From assembly GCF_006345805.1 (NCBI RefSeq), contig NC_043020.1, positions 20,770,001 through 20,834,000 of the forward strand: a stretch of DNA of 64,000 nt, in the 5' to 3' direction. This DNA is from Octopus sinensis (taxonomy: Eukaryota). The notes beneath the pieces are model-generated. The model worked only from the letters and a program-made list of their open reading frames with translations, did not search any database and was not told where the DNA came from. Within the stretch, counting starts at the first letter, position 1, and each line of letters begins with the position of its first letter. Both the position numbers and the translations under genes were made by a program. Positions 51,600 through 64,000 of the stretch are shown here, piece after piece.

Positions 51600-52170
51600 A
51601 TTAAATCATTTGACAATGATAGCACTGTACAATTTCCATCAACAAAATAAGATAGCTCTGGATGTAGATGAAAATCCAATAATGAGCGAAGAGACAACAA
51701 CAGCGAATGAAAAGTTGAGAAACAACAAAGCTATTCGATTGGATGAAATCACTGTAGAAATGTTTAAACATGGTGGGAGCACTGTAGTGGCTGAACTGAC
51801 AAGTCTGACAAATTGTTGCTGGCATGAGCAGAGAGTTCCACATAATGGACAAGAGGGAACCATTGTGAAACTGCTGAAGAAAGGAGACCTGTCCAACTGC
51901 AATAACTAGCAAAGCATCACACTGCTCTCAATGCCTGGTAAAGTTTTCCACAAAGTGCTTTTAAACAGGCTAAGTGAAGTTTGTGGACACAGTTCTATGA
52001 GAGGAACAAGTTAGATTTCATTACCACTGATCCTGCACTGAATAAATTCAGAAATATTATTCTCCAGTGTGTTGAACATCAAAGATCACTGAAGCTAAAT
52101 TTTATTATGGCATTCCTCAATGCTTTGTCAGTATCTTTGAAGAACTTTACTCAAATTCACAATGCTGTTT
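51600..52170 (+). mobile_element. old RTE-like RT remnant (different family)
   Basis: LRNNKAIRLDEITVEMFKHGG..IVKLLKKGDLSNCNN*QSITLLSMPGKVF. Confidence 0.75.
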
Positions 52171-52376
52171 GAATGGAAAACAGTGCTATGTTATTTAAGG
52201 GAGATTTGCCTATTGCCATGTTGTAGTGTTGTTATAATATTGTGTGATGCTCTGTTGCACTGTTGAGTCGTCATGTTATTGTTCTCTATTCTAACACATT
52301 GCTTCATTTCCTCAAAGGAGATAGTTTAGAAAGTAGGTTGTTTGCTTACTACCAACCTGTCTATTTAGGTAGGAAG

Positions 52377-52535
52377 CTAGCTGACAACTTGTAGACGAGG
52401 TACACAAGGACCAGGGTTTTCCAGCTGTTTCTCCAGCTCACTATATTCTTTAATAATGTCTTCAAGACTGTTATAGCTGTCAGTAAATTCCTGCAGTTCC
52501 ATACCATCAACCATAGTATAATGGTGAAGGTGGGC
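52377..52535 (-). CDS. TUBE1: epsilon-tubulin, terminal coding exon
   Basis: Polypyrimidine tract plus CGCAG acceptor; AHLHHYTMVDGMELQEFTDSYNSLEDIIKEY..PRLQVVS* matches the epsilon-tubulin C-terminus; phase 0. Confidence 0.95.
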   Translation of the reverse strand, partial: AHLHHYTMVDGMELQEFTDSYNSLEDIIKEYSELEKQLENPGPCVPRLQVVS

Positions 52536-53099
52536 CTGCGAAAAAGAAAGAAAGAAAAAACATAAACGATATGACAACAAATAATAGCATTATTTATAGA
52601 ATTATAAATTAATATTAGAATTAGAATAGAATTATGTCGACAAATAAATAGAATGTAACCTAACCTGCCCAGACCACCCTAGACTATCCCAGAACTCCAC
52701 ACCACTACCACCTATTCCATGTGGGAATCTGAGTCAATAAAGGATTCTCTGTATGATTGCTCGACTAGCAACAAATAGCAGCTAAATCCCTCTCAAATCA
52801 CACTATGCTGTCATAAAAAAGGATTGAATAACATGGTCCTGGGTTTCTGACCAACAATAAAAGGACTGGACCACAGGTCTGTTTGATCAGAGATGACCTT
52901 GGGCTAAACAATAGCCTTACATCCTTAGACTGTCTCTCTATCCCTATCACCCACACTTGTACATCCACATCATTGTCACTCTCTCCCTCCATGTACACCG
53001 TAAGCCACTACCAATTTCCCCATCCACTCCAACAAATAACTAAACTAATTACTTGGATAATCAGTTGTTTTCTTTGAAATTAGATTAATAACCCCCACC

Positions 53100-53500
53100 C
53101 CCAACAATTTTACGCACATACATGCACACGCATACATATGCTAAAACTCAAGACACCACCACAACTACTACCATCACTACTATGCAACACCACTGTGACT
53201 ACTACTACACACCACCATCAATTGTTTTATACACACAGATGCTACCAAACAACAGCAACACACCATCTCCTCCACTACACACACCCACTACCATTGCTAC
53301 TACATACCACCACCGTCGTCATCCCCACTACTGCTACAAGATGCTATCCTCTCAATTAGATACCACCACCACCACCACCACAACCACTACAGTACAACAA
53401 TGCACATCTGTGGCCATCACTACCATTAACCATCACTGACGGTTTTGCACACACATACACATGCTAACACACACCACCACCACCACCACCGCCATTCCCT
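53100..53500. repeat. (ACC/ACT)-rich low-complexity tract
   Basis: Directly visible. Confidence 0.8.
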
Positions 53501-55095
53501 GTATGCCCATACATACACAAAAGCCAATAAGAAAGTCTCTATGTGATTAGCTGACATGCTAAATTTAAGCAACTAAATCTCCCTCACATTACACCTTTTT
53601 TTTAAAAAAAAAACTCATTGAACAATATAGTCTTTGCAATACAGAAAGGATGGTCATGGTCAGAAACACCTCTAGTCATGAGTCTGCTGGATCAGTGTTG
53701 ACCTGGAGTTAAATTTCATTAACAACTTGTACTACCAAAGAAACACACACATAATGCTAGTATTAAATAGAACCACGATTACACACATACACATGCTCAT
53801 ACACACACACCCACACCTCTACCAGTCCCTGTCTTCCAGAATGCCTTTCAAGTGTATCCTCAAAATTCTTCTATTTCAGGTATCCTCAAATCAGAGGTGT
53901 GTGTGGTAAGGATGGTAGTGGTGGTGGTAGATTATTTTAACTTTAATTTAGTATTTCTCAATCATGACAGGGTTGATTAGAACAGATTTTAAAATTAACA
54001 CTGTTGTTAGCATTCTCATCATCATTATCGTCACCACTACTGCCATCACAGATGCCACCACTATCGTCACTATGACCACCGCCACCACCACCTTCATCTT
54101 TATTTTCCAATCATCCATTTTGCTTTAACTCATTATCTTTGAACGTGGCAAAATTGGTAGAATGTTAGATAAAATACCTTGGAGGATTTTGGTTAAATCC
54201 CTTATGTTTTAGGTTCAAATTTGGTTGAGCTCAAACTTTGCCTTTTATTTTTCCAGAGCGATTAAAATAAAGTAGCAGTCAGTTACAATGGTTGATTTTA
54301 AAATGTCTACACTCTTTCCACAAATTTGTTGCATTGCACCTGACAGAAATGATTATCATCAGACATGGCTGTGTGGTTAAGAAGTTTGCTTTGGAACCAT
54401 GTCATTCCAACTGCAGGGACACTTTTGGCTGGTGTCTTCTACTTATAGCCACGAATGACTAATATCTTCAGAGTAAAATTTAGCAGACAGAAACTGGAAG
54501 AAGCCTTTTACACATGCCATGACTCAAGTTTCATATCACTGCAATAAGTGTATGTCAGAGAGAGTGAGTCTGTATTCTTTTTGTCTTGACAAGTGCATGC
54601 ACATTATAAAAAAAAATGGGTCATAGTGCATATAAAAACTGTTGTCTGTTTGTAGCCCTTCATAAAATTCTGTTAAGGCTGCTTGTTGCTGGTTAGATTT
54701 GGAAAATATTACCTTGCTTGAAAACAGGTGAAGTCTGGTGACAGGAAGAGCATCTGGTCAAAGAAATATCTACTTTAACAAAGTTATCATCTGATTCATG
54801 CAAGCATGGGAAAGTGGATATTAAAATGATAATGAGGATTATGATAATAGCTTCTCATCTTTACTCATTTCTTCTTGCAGAAACTAAATTACATAAAAGA
54901 GGCCCAATTCCTGAAAATGCTTACAGTCCTTACCACTATATATCAAACCATACCCAAAACACTTAGATACATCTACAATACTCCAGAACACTACTACAGT
55001 ACCATCGAAAGATGAAGAATTTTTTTACACAGTACACGCGCACGCACACACACACACACACACACACACCAGAAGACAGAAACCAGAGAGCAAAC

Positions 55096-55270
55096 CTTGC
55101 GTCTGTAAAGCTTCATATATCTGTCCCGGAGATCTCCAAATGTTTGTTGGATGCAAGTGTTGTTTGCTAGTGTTAACAAAGAATATGGGTGACCCACAGG
55201 TGGAACAGAACACAGACCGGTTTTCCATCCCTCCTTGTTCCAACTGATGAACTGCAACTTGCTTTTTAGT
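55096..55270 (-). CDS. TUBE1: epsilon-tubulin, penultimate coding exon (175 nt)
   Basis: TAG acceptor and GTTTG donor; LKSKLQFISWNKEGWKTGLCSVPPVGHPYSLLTLANNTCI..MKLYRRK; phases 2 and 0 fit both neighbours. Confidence 0.96.
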
Positions 55271-55539
55271 CTACAACAAAAACAGCAATGTGAGAGAGAA
55301 ATGCTTAAAATAAGGTAAGCCCTGCAATAATGATCTCTTTGTGAGGCACAACTATTGTTGGCTGAGTCAAACCCCAGTATATTACTAGTACCTGTTTTGG
55401 AAGAATGAAAGATAAAATTGTAATTGATATTGCTGTTTAGCTCTGGCTCAATCCTGATTGAGCAGACCATTGACAAAAGGCATTCCATGTGTGACTATGC
55501 TGTCTTTTTAGGGATTGCTAAATTATCTAATATGAGCTT

Positions 55540-57040
55540 CTACTGATGCACTCTCTCATCTCCCTGTGTGTTCTCTTTCATCTCTTGCTGCAATTGATTT
55601 AACTGCCATTGCACAGGATCAGCCAGCTCTAGACACTTTGGATCTAACTTCTACCAAGTTGTCCTGTTGCAAATTTGCCTATCTTCCACTTCCTTCTGCT
55701 GAAAGCACAATCCTTTGTGACACAGCTACTGGTTCTCCCAGGCCGTTTGTACCTGAGAACCACCAGTGTTCCATTTTTGATGCCTTGCATTCACTGTCAT
55801 ATCCTGGCATCGCTGCCTCAGTGAAACTTGTTATGACTTGAGTTTTTCTTGCCTAATATGCGCTGGATGATCACCACTTGGACATGCCCTTGTGTGAAAT
55901 GCCAACGTTCTAAAATCTACAGGCACATTTGTGCTCCTCTTGGACAGTTGTCCACATTGATCTGGTTGGACCATGGCCTGTCAGTCATGGTTTCTCTTAC
56001 ATATTAATAAGCATTGATCGTTTCTCTCGTTGGCCTGAAGCCATTCCTGTAATGGACATTTCTGCTGAGTCGGTTGCTTGAGCTTTCATTTCTAATTGGA
56101 TAGCTCATTTTGGTGTTCAAGCTAAGATAACCACTGACCGTGGACGCCAGTTCGAAGCTTCCTTATTTCGTGAATTATCACGAATTCTAGGTGTTTATCA
56201 CATTCATACAACCAGCTACCATCCAGCTTCCAATGGGATGGTCGAACGTTTTCACAGGAAACTAAAGGCTGCTCTATGTGCCACTCCTGATCTGCAGTCT
56301 TGGACAGAATTCCTGCCTATCGTTCTTCTTGGTTGTTGCACTGCCGTTAAGACAGACTTAGTTTTCTCCTCTGTCAACTCCTTTACGGTACCACCTTGAC
56401 AGTTCCTAGTACAATGTTAGCACCAGCCAATTCATCGCATCCTGATCCAACATCGTATGTCACCAGACTTCGCTCATATTTCTCGAGTCTTTCACCAATG
56501 TATCTATTCCCTCTCATGTCCTACCAAAACTTTTAGTCTCGACATCAATGGTTGGGCAGAGACCGTGTCAGTCAACAGACTTAAAAAGGTATATTTTGAG
56601 GTTTCCACACCCTTTGATGACACTGGCCATGCCCGCTTTTGATCCTTTACAACCACCTACACACCTACCCACACATGCACCTTTGACCACACCATCACCT
56701 ACGTCATCACAACCTAACACAAACAAACCTTATGTCACCAGGACAGGCCGCACTGTGCACTGGCCTCCAAAAACTTTACAAAACTATTTATATCTGACAA
56801 TCTCTTTTGTGTTTCCTGTGACAAACAATTGCTTTCTAGTGTTAATGAAAAATTCCAGTACTCTACCATTGAATATTTTGTCAAATTTTGTGTATGCCAA
56901 TTCATATTTCTTGCAATTATTTTTCTTTTTGACTTGTTACATTTTTGTACCATATGTTGTTGTTTTCAATCAGTTACCATCTTTGCCCTTTTCTTGTGCC
57001 TGCTCCAGTTATTCTCTATTTTTGCACTGGTGGTCTCAGG
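55540..57040 (+). mobile_element. Gypsy integrase region and 3'UTR remnant (TUBE1 intron)
   Basis: [72 protein letters not shown]. Confidence 0.88.
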
Positions 57041-57049
57041 GGGTGCCCC

Positions 57050-57437
57050 TGTAGTGAGGCACAAAGAAGCCAGCGCCATTTTGAAACAGTGAGATCTCGC
57101 CTGCAACCATTGCCATACACAAGACAAAAACGAGATCTCAACCATTATTTAAAGAAGAGACAACAACATTTTCCTTCTCATTCTTCTCACGCTGATGTGA
57201 ACAAGACTTTGAAGCCAGGAGCTCAAAACAGATTTTTGTCCTGCTGTGATACCACATGCATTGTCTCCAGAGGTTATTGAACCTCACGTGTATGGGAGTG
57301 AAGGCTAACTACACGATGCTGTTAAGATGGTTACTGAAAGCAAACCCCTTGTATGAAGCACCCGTGAATAAACGGTTATTGAATTTAGTCTGCCTGAAAA
57401 CTTCATTCTTCGCATTTCCAGCTCCTTGAATCAACAG
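57050..57437 (+). mobile_element. probable 3' LTR of the Gypsy remnant (right end uncertain: 57313 or ~57437)
   Basis: Purine tract AGGGGG shortly before TGTAGT; ACTACA ending 57313; AATAAA at ~57367. Confidence 0.55.
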
Positions 57438-57439
57438 AA

Positions 57440-58563
57440 TAGTTATAATGAAAGAAGAAGATTCCCCAAAAGTATCATAAAAACCTTCCTTCCATTATAA
57501 GTCTTTCACCGACAAGTTATAATTGTGGATAAGGAAAGTTAAAAACTCACAGTTTGATTGCTTCCCATGTGTAGAAGCTTTTCCAAACAAATTAAAAATT
57601 TTGTCAGAAGTGCAGAAGACAGTAAAAAACCTCTCTGTATCATTTTCATCACTTAATTATCAAATGTACGAGATATGGATTTCGCTTTGGGGCCAATATC
57701 CTTGATTAACTACTACAGCCATTAAATCTCTGTTGCCTTTTGGATCATCGTATCTTTGTGAATTGGGGATCTCTGCACTTATGGAAATGAAGTAAAAAAA
57801 ATGGGAACGATCGCAGATGGTAGATGAGGAGTTATGTATTTATCTAATTTAGAGCCACATTTGGACAAAAGTCTTTCTCAAAATCAATTGCATCCTTCTC
57901 ACTAAAAACATTATTATTGTATTATATTACCTATATATATATATTATATGTTCATAAAACAATTAGATGTTGTATAACATCAAGCAAACCAAGCTTTCAT
58001 ATTGTTTTAACCAATGGCATCATTACAACATATCTGTAGATTTGGATATCTTAGAATTTAACCTCTTCACCAATGTTTAAATTGCTCTGGAGTGGAGATA
58101 TGTGACACAGAGGAGTGATATTGATGCCTTTCTTAATCATTGTTTCAGATGAATGTCATGGTGGAATTTTAAAATTTAAATTTGAAATCACTTTCAGTGA
58201 ATTTATTTAAATGAGAATTTACTAATACAGCAATCGAGTTAATTCTGGTTCATTTGTTTTTGTAATTTAATCCAGTGTTTCTAAAAGTGTATTCAAAGAA
58301 ATCTCAGAGTCCTATGAAAAATGTTTAGAATTTTGCAAGATAAAGGAGCTTTTAATATGAATTTTAAAAGAAATAGTGTATATTTTTTCAAAGTAAAGTT
58401 ATCAACGTCTATGTGAATATATTTTTCTCAGTAAAATAATCTGTGTTTCCTTTAATGGTTAATCAAAGTTAGAGTAGTGCAGATTATCTGTAAAATATAG
58501 GTAGGAAATATTCATAGGAAATTGCATAAGGGTTCCTTGACAATATAAGTTTGAGATCCACTG
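57440..58563 (+). mobile_element. hAT (Buster-like) 3' remnant
   Basis: LLPFGSSYLCELGISALMEMK; terminus AAGTTTGAGATCCACTG. Confidence 0.65.
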
Positions 58564-58979
58564 ATTTAAGTGATAAAGGACAATTCCTACAAAATTTTGA
58601 AATTATTCTTGGTTCTGTGATAAGGAGTTCTTGTTAAAGATTACATGGATAGTTGGAGACAAGTCCAGGAAGGAAAGGTGTGTGATTCTGCAGAACAATT
58701 AGCCTGAATGTTTACCTTCCATAGTCAGCTTGGCCCTCAGGTGGAGGAAGAGGTAGCTACAGATGATAAGATGGAGGATAGAGTATGATGAATCAATATT
58801 TATCTTCCACACTTTTTCAATAAAGTCTATTGCCATCATAGGTGTTCACTGATCCAATACTTAACCTTTTGAGTTTGTGATTTACTAAGTGGATAGGGTA
58901 CTGAATGACCAGCAAAGGTGTCAGCAGTTCACATCTTGTTACAGGTTATGATCATGGCTAAAGACTCAATCATCCTGCC

Positions 58980-59335
58980 AACCTGGCTCTAAGTAGGTAC
59001 TATAGTGTATTGTACTGTATCTATGACCAAGGAACTTAACTGTGAACAGTCCAGCTGACCTAATAGTACATAGGTACTATAGTGTGGTACAGTTCATTAC
59101 TGTGTCCATATCCCAGATACTTAACCATCAACAATCCAATTCACCTAGCTGTAAGTAGGTTACACAGTATGGTATGGTTCACAGTACTGTCTCTATGACC
59201 AAGGCACTTAACTATTAAGGGTCCAGTCTATCTAGCTGTAATTAGGCACCACAATATGATAGAGCTCACAGCACAGTGTCTATGACCAAGACACTTAATT
59301 GTCAGCAGTTCAGTCTGATGGCTATATGTAGGTCT
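58980..59335. repeat. diverged ~86-bp minisatellite, about 4 units
   Basis: CTATGACCAAG..ACTTAA motif at 59021, ~59106, 59193 and 59280. Confidence 0.75.
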
Positions 59336-60097
59336 GAATAATTTGTTGTTGATCAAACAATGAAAGTGTAAACCTTTGGTCAAAGGTCATGACCAATTTG
59401 CTTTTATATCAGTCATGATGTATCTCGATACATCTTCTTTAATGTGTCTTCTTTGATTTGAGAGAGCTTTGGCTGTTATTTCTAACAGGTTGAGTGATTA
59501 CACAAAAGTTACCTCAGGTGGATGATTAGTTACCTTGCAGTTTTGAATTGAATTCACCCTGCAACAGGAGCTATTACTGATAGTGCCTTATCTTGGAGGA
59601 GATTTATCTCTAATCTATTAAACATGGCAGAACCCAGAGAGGTATACTAACTCTGTGGATTATTGTACTTTTAATAGGGATCAGCTCACAGCTACAGACA
59701 CTTTAGTAGAAGTGGTAGAAGAAACAGTGAGGATTAGTGGTTGTAGTATGTTGTAGTGGCAATAATGGTTGTATACATTAGGTATCATATTTATACAAGT
59801 TTTCAATTCATAAACAAATCAAATTTACTGTGTATCATGCACAACAAATTCTAGAAAATGTAGTTTTCAGTAAAAATTTCACCCAGAAATGTAGAAAGAC
59901 ATTTGAATAATTACTAAATACAGCAAATTAATATGTGTAAGTAGTACACAAATCAAACTTGATATGCAGGTTATTTAGCTTAGCTGTATCTTCAAAAACA
60001 ATTGTGTGTATCTATTTATACAAATCAAATTAGGTACAATACATGCAAATTATGTACAATAATTTTCAAATTTCAATAGGGTTACATTCCTTATTAA

Positions 60098-61143
60098 CCC
60101 TTTCGTTACCAAACCGCCCGAAACAAATTTTGGTTAATGTGGCCAAACTGCCCAAAGCCGCCCGAATTTACCTATTCATATTTAAATGAGAATATCAGAG
60201 CAAATCTCTTTCGTACATTCGTGAAAATACGTATTATACTTCGTAAAGAGTTCAACTACAGTTTTGTACAAAAATCAAAGTGTAATTTTAATTCCGTGAA
60301 TTTTGGAAGATTTTTTTCCGAAATTTGTTCCTATTGTGTTTTCAAAATTTGTAATTCTGACAAAAAATGGATACGAATTTCATTAATATCAAGCAGCGAA
60401 TCAGAATTCGAAGGATTTTCTACTGAAGACCTTCATAAATCTAACTCTATGACTGAAAAAAAAAAGCATGTGGTATTTGATAATGAATCTGATGTTTCAA
60501 TTTCCGAAAGTGAAAACAGTGAATTTGAAAGCTCCGACAGCGATAAAGAAAATGAATTGGCACCTGAATGGAGTGAAAATTTAAAACCTTTTCTTTCGGT
60601 GATTTTTCTGAAGAAACTGGACCAAGCCACAGACTTTCCCAGAAGAGTAAAGCCTTAGACTATTTCTTTTTACTTTTTCGAATGAGCCTATTTGAAATCA
60701 TTACGGCGGAAACGAACCGTTACGCTAAATGTAAACAAAACGAAAGAAAGGATAGTTAGTGAAATTAAGACTATTTTGCCATAAATATTATTATGGGTAT
60801 CAGAAAGTTACCCAGAATAACAAATTCTATCGTAAAATTTTGTTGTATACCCAATTGAATATTAGCTCATAACCCATTTTCTATGAACAAAATTTCAATA
60901 ATTTTATACTTTGTTGAATTTACCTGTATCTACCTGCAATTAGAGTCACTTTGTGACAAAAATTATTGTATAGAATTGGTTGAGAACATTTCATTAAATT
61001 ATCTTCCAAAATTCACGTTAATATATTGATAAATAAAAAAGTTATAGTTGTTTAATGAAACCAGACTAAATTTATGATTATGTTAGAAATTAATTGAAAC
61101 ACATAAGGGGTGTATTTTGGTCAGAAATATAGTAACGAAAGGG
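60098..61143 (+). mobile_element. piggyBac deletion derivative
   Basis: TTAA TSDs; TIRs CCCTTTCGTTAC / GTAACGAAAGGG; acidic N-terminus, PLDYFF, ITAETNRYA, IIMGIRKLP. Confidence 0.92.
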
Positions 61144-61991
61144 TTAAACATGTTACATATTTTACCATATTTGAATATTATTATATTGTCATACCAGTCA
61201 GTAGTAACTCTCTATTTCAATAAAATATAAACAAAGTGTACTGCAGTTAACAAGTATTTCCTTGTGTGCTACTCTTGTACAGGAAAATCCACATACACCA
61301 GTAGAGAGCTTACTATTTGACATTTCAAAATACATGTTTTTTTTTAAATTAGCCAAAAAAACCCCAAAAAAACAAAGAATTTATAAGCAAAATATGGCAA
61401 ATAATTCAAATGATTGAACTATTTTTGAAAGTTAGACTTGTGATAATGAGTATAAAAGTGAAGGCTTTTACAGATGTAAACGGTATACAGATTTACTGAG
61501 CACAACACACAAAAATATTCCCTTTTGTGTGAGAAATTTTTCCAAAATTTACAGCACCTGATCAGTATGTGTTCTCAAAATGGAAAATTAGGTGTTTTTC
61601 TGGACAAAATAAAACTGACCAAAATGATGATTTAGAAAATGAAAGACTTCTGCATTGGCTACTACTTTCAAAGATGGTTACAATATTAAGGAATATACAG
61701 TCTATGAAGAGATAATAAAGGTAAACTCAATTCTAATTTTGCTCCACCATAAATCACTTAATATTTAAAAAAAAATCCTTTGAAGTTCACCATGTAATTG
61801 TGTGTTGAGGGAACAGGCTTTTCTTGCATGGTTGTACTATCCCTGTTGGCAGTCTAACTCTTCATTGAGCTTTTTCTTTATAGTTGAGAGTATGGCCCCA
61901 CTTGTAACTCAGCCAGTTACAGACAGGAGTTGAAAGATTGATAATGAATAGACAGAGAGGGACAAAAGTTCTAGTGTTGCACACGACTCAC

Positions 61992-62132
61992 CTTTCAATA
62001 TTTCTTCTCATGTCAGAAATACTCACTTTTCCTCGCACCATGAGAGCACAAGCAAGGTAAAGACTGTGTCTGGGGTCAGCTTTTATCAGTTGATGGTCTT
62101 TTGAAAATGCATCAGAGAACATTTGGTCAAGA
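61992..62132 (-). CDS. TUBE1: epsilon-tubulin, coding exon (141 nt); upstream exons lie beyond the window
   Basis: AACAG acceptor and GTGAGT donor; LDQMFSDAFSKDHQLIKADPRHSLYLACALMVRGKVSISDMRRNIER. Confidence 0.96.
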
Positions 62133-62287
62133 CTGTTAAAGAGTAAACAGAAAAAAAGTTGAGAAACAAGATTGTTTTAGATGAATTGATTTCTTCTGAT
62201 TGAGTGAAGGTAAATGGATCTTTACTTAACTTGAAGAGATGCGATATAGTGTAAGATTTTAACTCAGAATCTAGAGGGATGAAAATA

Positions 62288-63579
62288 CGAGGGACGTTCA
62301 ATAAGTAATACCCCTGACCCACTTGCAGTTATTTGGTCTAGCCGAAATTTCGCATGTGCAATTATTGATATGTCTATAGATTAAGTGGCAAATTACAGCT
62401 CTGAACTAATTGTGGTTTCTGATTTACAGGTGTTTGAACTGAGTCAAGTGTAAAATGGAGCCTGTTGAGTGTCGAGCAGTGATCCGGTTTTTGTATTTGA
62501 AAGGACGCACACCACGGGAGACTTTTGATGAAATGAAAGTAACTTATGGTGATGATGCCCCATCATATGACCTTGTAAAACGCTGGCATCGTGAAATCAG
62601 ACATGGTCGGAACTCCGTAGTAACAGCTCCCAGATCTGGTCGCCCTCTTCTGCCATTGATGAGGCATCTGTCTGTCAAGTTGAGGCTGCCATTTTGGAAG
62701 ATCGACGCATAACTATTCGCCAAATAGCCTATGAGGTCAAGATTAGTAACGGGTCTGTGGAAACTATCATTCATGACCATTTGTATATGCAAAAGGTGTC
62801 TGCCTGATGGATTTCCAGGTTGCTCACACCTTTCCAGAAGCAAGAACGAGTCGAGTGGTCAAGGATGAATTTGGAGATGTGCCAAGAAGATGAGTCAAAA
62901 TTTTTCAAAAGACTGATTACACAGGATGAAACCTGGGTCCATCACTATGATGCAGAGACCAAAGCCCAGTCAATGCAGTGGAAGCACCATGACTCACCTC
63001 CTCCAAAGAAGGCAAAGGTGCAGCCCTCCGCTGGTAAGGTCATGCTCACAGTCTTCTGGGACCAGAACGGAGTAGTGATGACAGATTTCCTGGCAAAGGG
63101 TACGACGATTACAGGAGCCTATTATGCTTCACTTTTGAGGAAATTAAGAGAAGCTATCAAAATCAAGAGGTAGGGCAAGATCAGCAAAGGCATTGTCCTC
63201 CTGCAGGACAACGCTCCGGTCCACAACTCGCGTATCGCCAGATCAGAAGCACAGGCGTGCGGCTATGAACTCATCCTCCATCCCTCCTACTCTCCTGACC
63301 TTGCACCCTCTGATTTTCACCTCTTCCCAGCCATGAAGTTGTTTTTGAAAGGAAAGCGTTTCCCAGATGATGCAGCCTTGATTTCTGAAGTCACGTCGTG
63401 GTTGGAGGACCAAGCTGGGGTCTTCTACAAAAACGGTCTCCAGCGCTGCATCAAACGATGGGAGAAGTGCGTAACTCTGGGTGGTTTCTATGTAGAAAAA
63501 GACTAATAACTGTGCCAAGTTTCGTTGCTCTACTGCTATGGGAAGTGGGTCAGGGGCATTACTTATTGAACGCCCCTCG
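62288..63579 (+). mobile_element. mariner DNA transposon, full length, inactivated (family A)
   Basis: TA TSDs and TIRs; ORF 62455-63506 with TQDETW, LQDNAPVH, YSPDLAPSDFHLF (D,D34D type); frameshift at ~62645 and stops at ~62805 and ~63171. Confidence 0.96.
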
Positions 63580-64000
63580 TAAATACTGTAAAAGTTTTAC
63601 TCAACCATTCTATGACCTCCATATATGCTTTGCTGATGAGGTTTAATAATGCTGAATCAAGTCCTATGTTGTTTCATTTCTATTTTTCTATGAATACTAC
63701 TTCAATTACAGTGAAATTATGCTGTGTTGAAGTTCAATATGACAAAAACATGTCTGGAGTTGTCTTCCCTTACTTGCTGAAGCAATATTATTCAATGATT
63801 ACTATTGATGTTTTTTAACACATCAAAATTTTGTAGTTAGTTTTTTTTTTCTATATTTATTTCATTGAATATATTGTGATGATGGATTTCCATCATGTGA
63901 CAATGAAGATTCATTTATTCGATCAACTGAATAACTTGCTCCTGAATTTGTCCCAACTTCCTGTCCATGGCAAAATCCCAGATTACAACATACATGTGAT

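Noticed and set aside
58980-59335. Regularly spaced repeats resembling a CRISPR array
   Set aside because: The 'spacers' are homologous to one another, the context is eukaryotic and no cas genes are present
60137-60658. 173-aa ORF
   Set aside because: Read-through into the frameshifted N-terminus of a deleted piggyBac transposase; not a host gene

Overview
AT-rich, repeat-dense animal genomic DNA, most likely from an octopus (inferred from the tRNA-derived/CORE-like SINEs, RTE LINEs with (GAT)n tails and dense microsatellites; not provable from sequence alone). Host content is small. It comprises the last three coding exons of an epsilon-tubulin gene (TUBE1, minus strand, 62132-61992, 55270-55096, 52535-52377) and a CpG-rich housekeeping-type promoter with a probable non-coding first exon at ~30.0 kb (minus strand; no downstream coding exon recognised). 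The rest is mostly decayed mobile DNA: mariner/Tc1, pogo, hAT, piggyBac, Gypsy, RTE, Penelope-like elements (PLE), Helitrons and SINEs. Three things stand out. (1) There are at least nine hammerhead-ribozyme (HHR) motifs, intact to degenerate, from about five unrelated sequence contexts. They include a 429-bp tandem retrozyme-like array at 26315-27203 abutting a PLE terminus, and a ~480-nt HHR unit at 14052-14540 whose inverted partner spans its end-to-start junction. (2) A 1.9-kb ORF1-only (HAL1-like, L1/Tx1-type) retroelement with a 12-bp TSD is inserted inside a Helitron, within a homologous ORF1 fragment that this Helitron family carries. (3) A PHD finger is embedded in the RT of the local RTE family. 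All calls were made by eye; boundaries of decayed elements are approximate.
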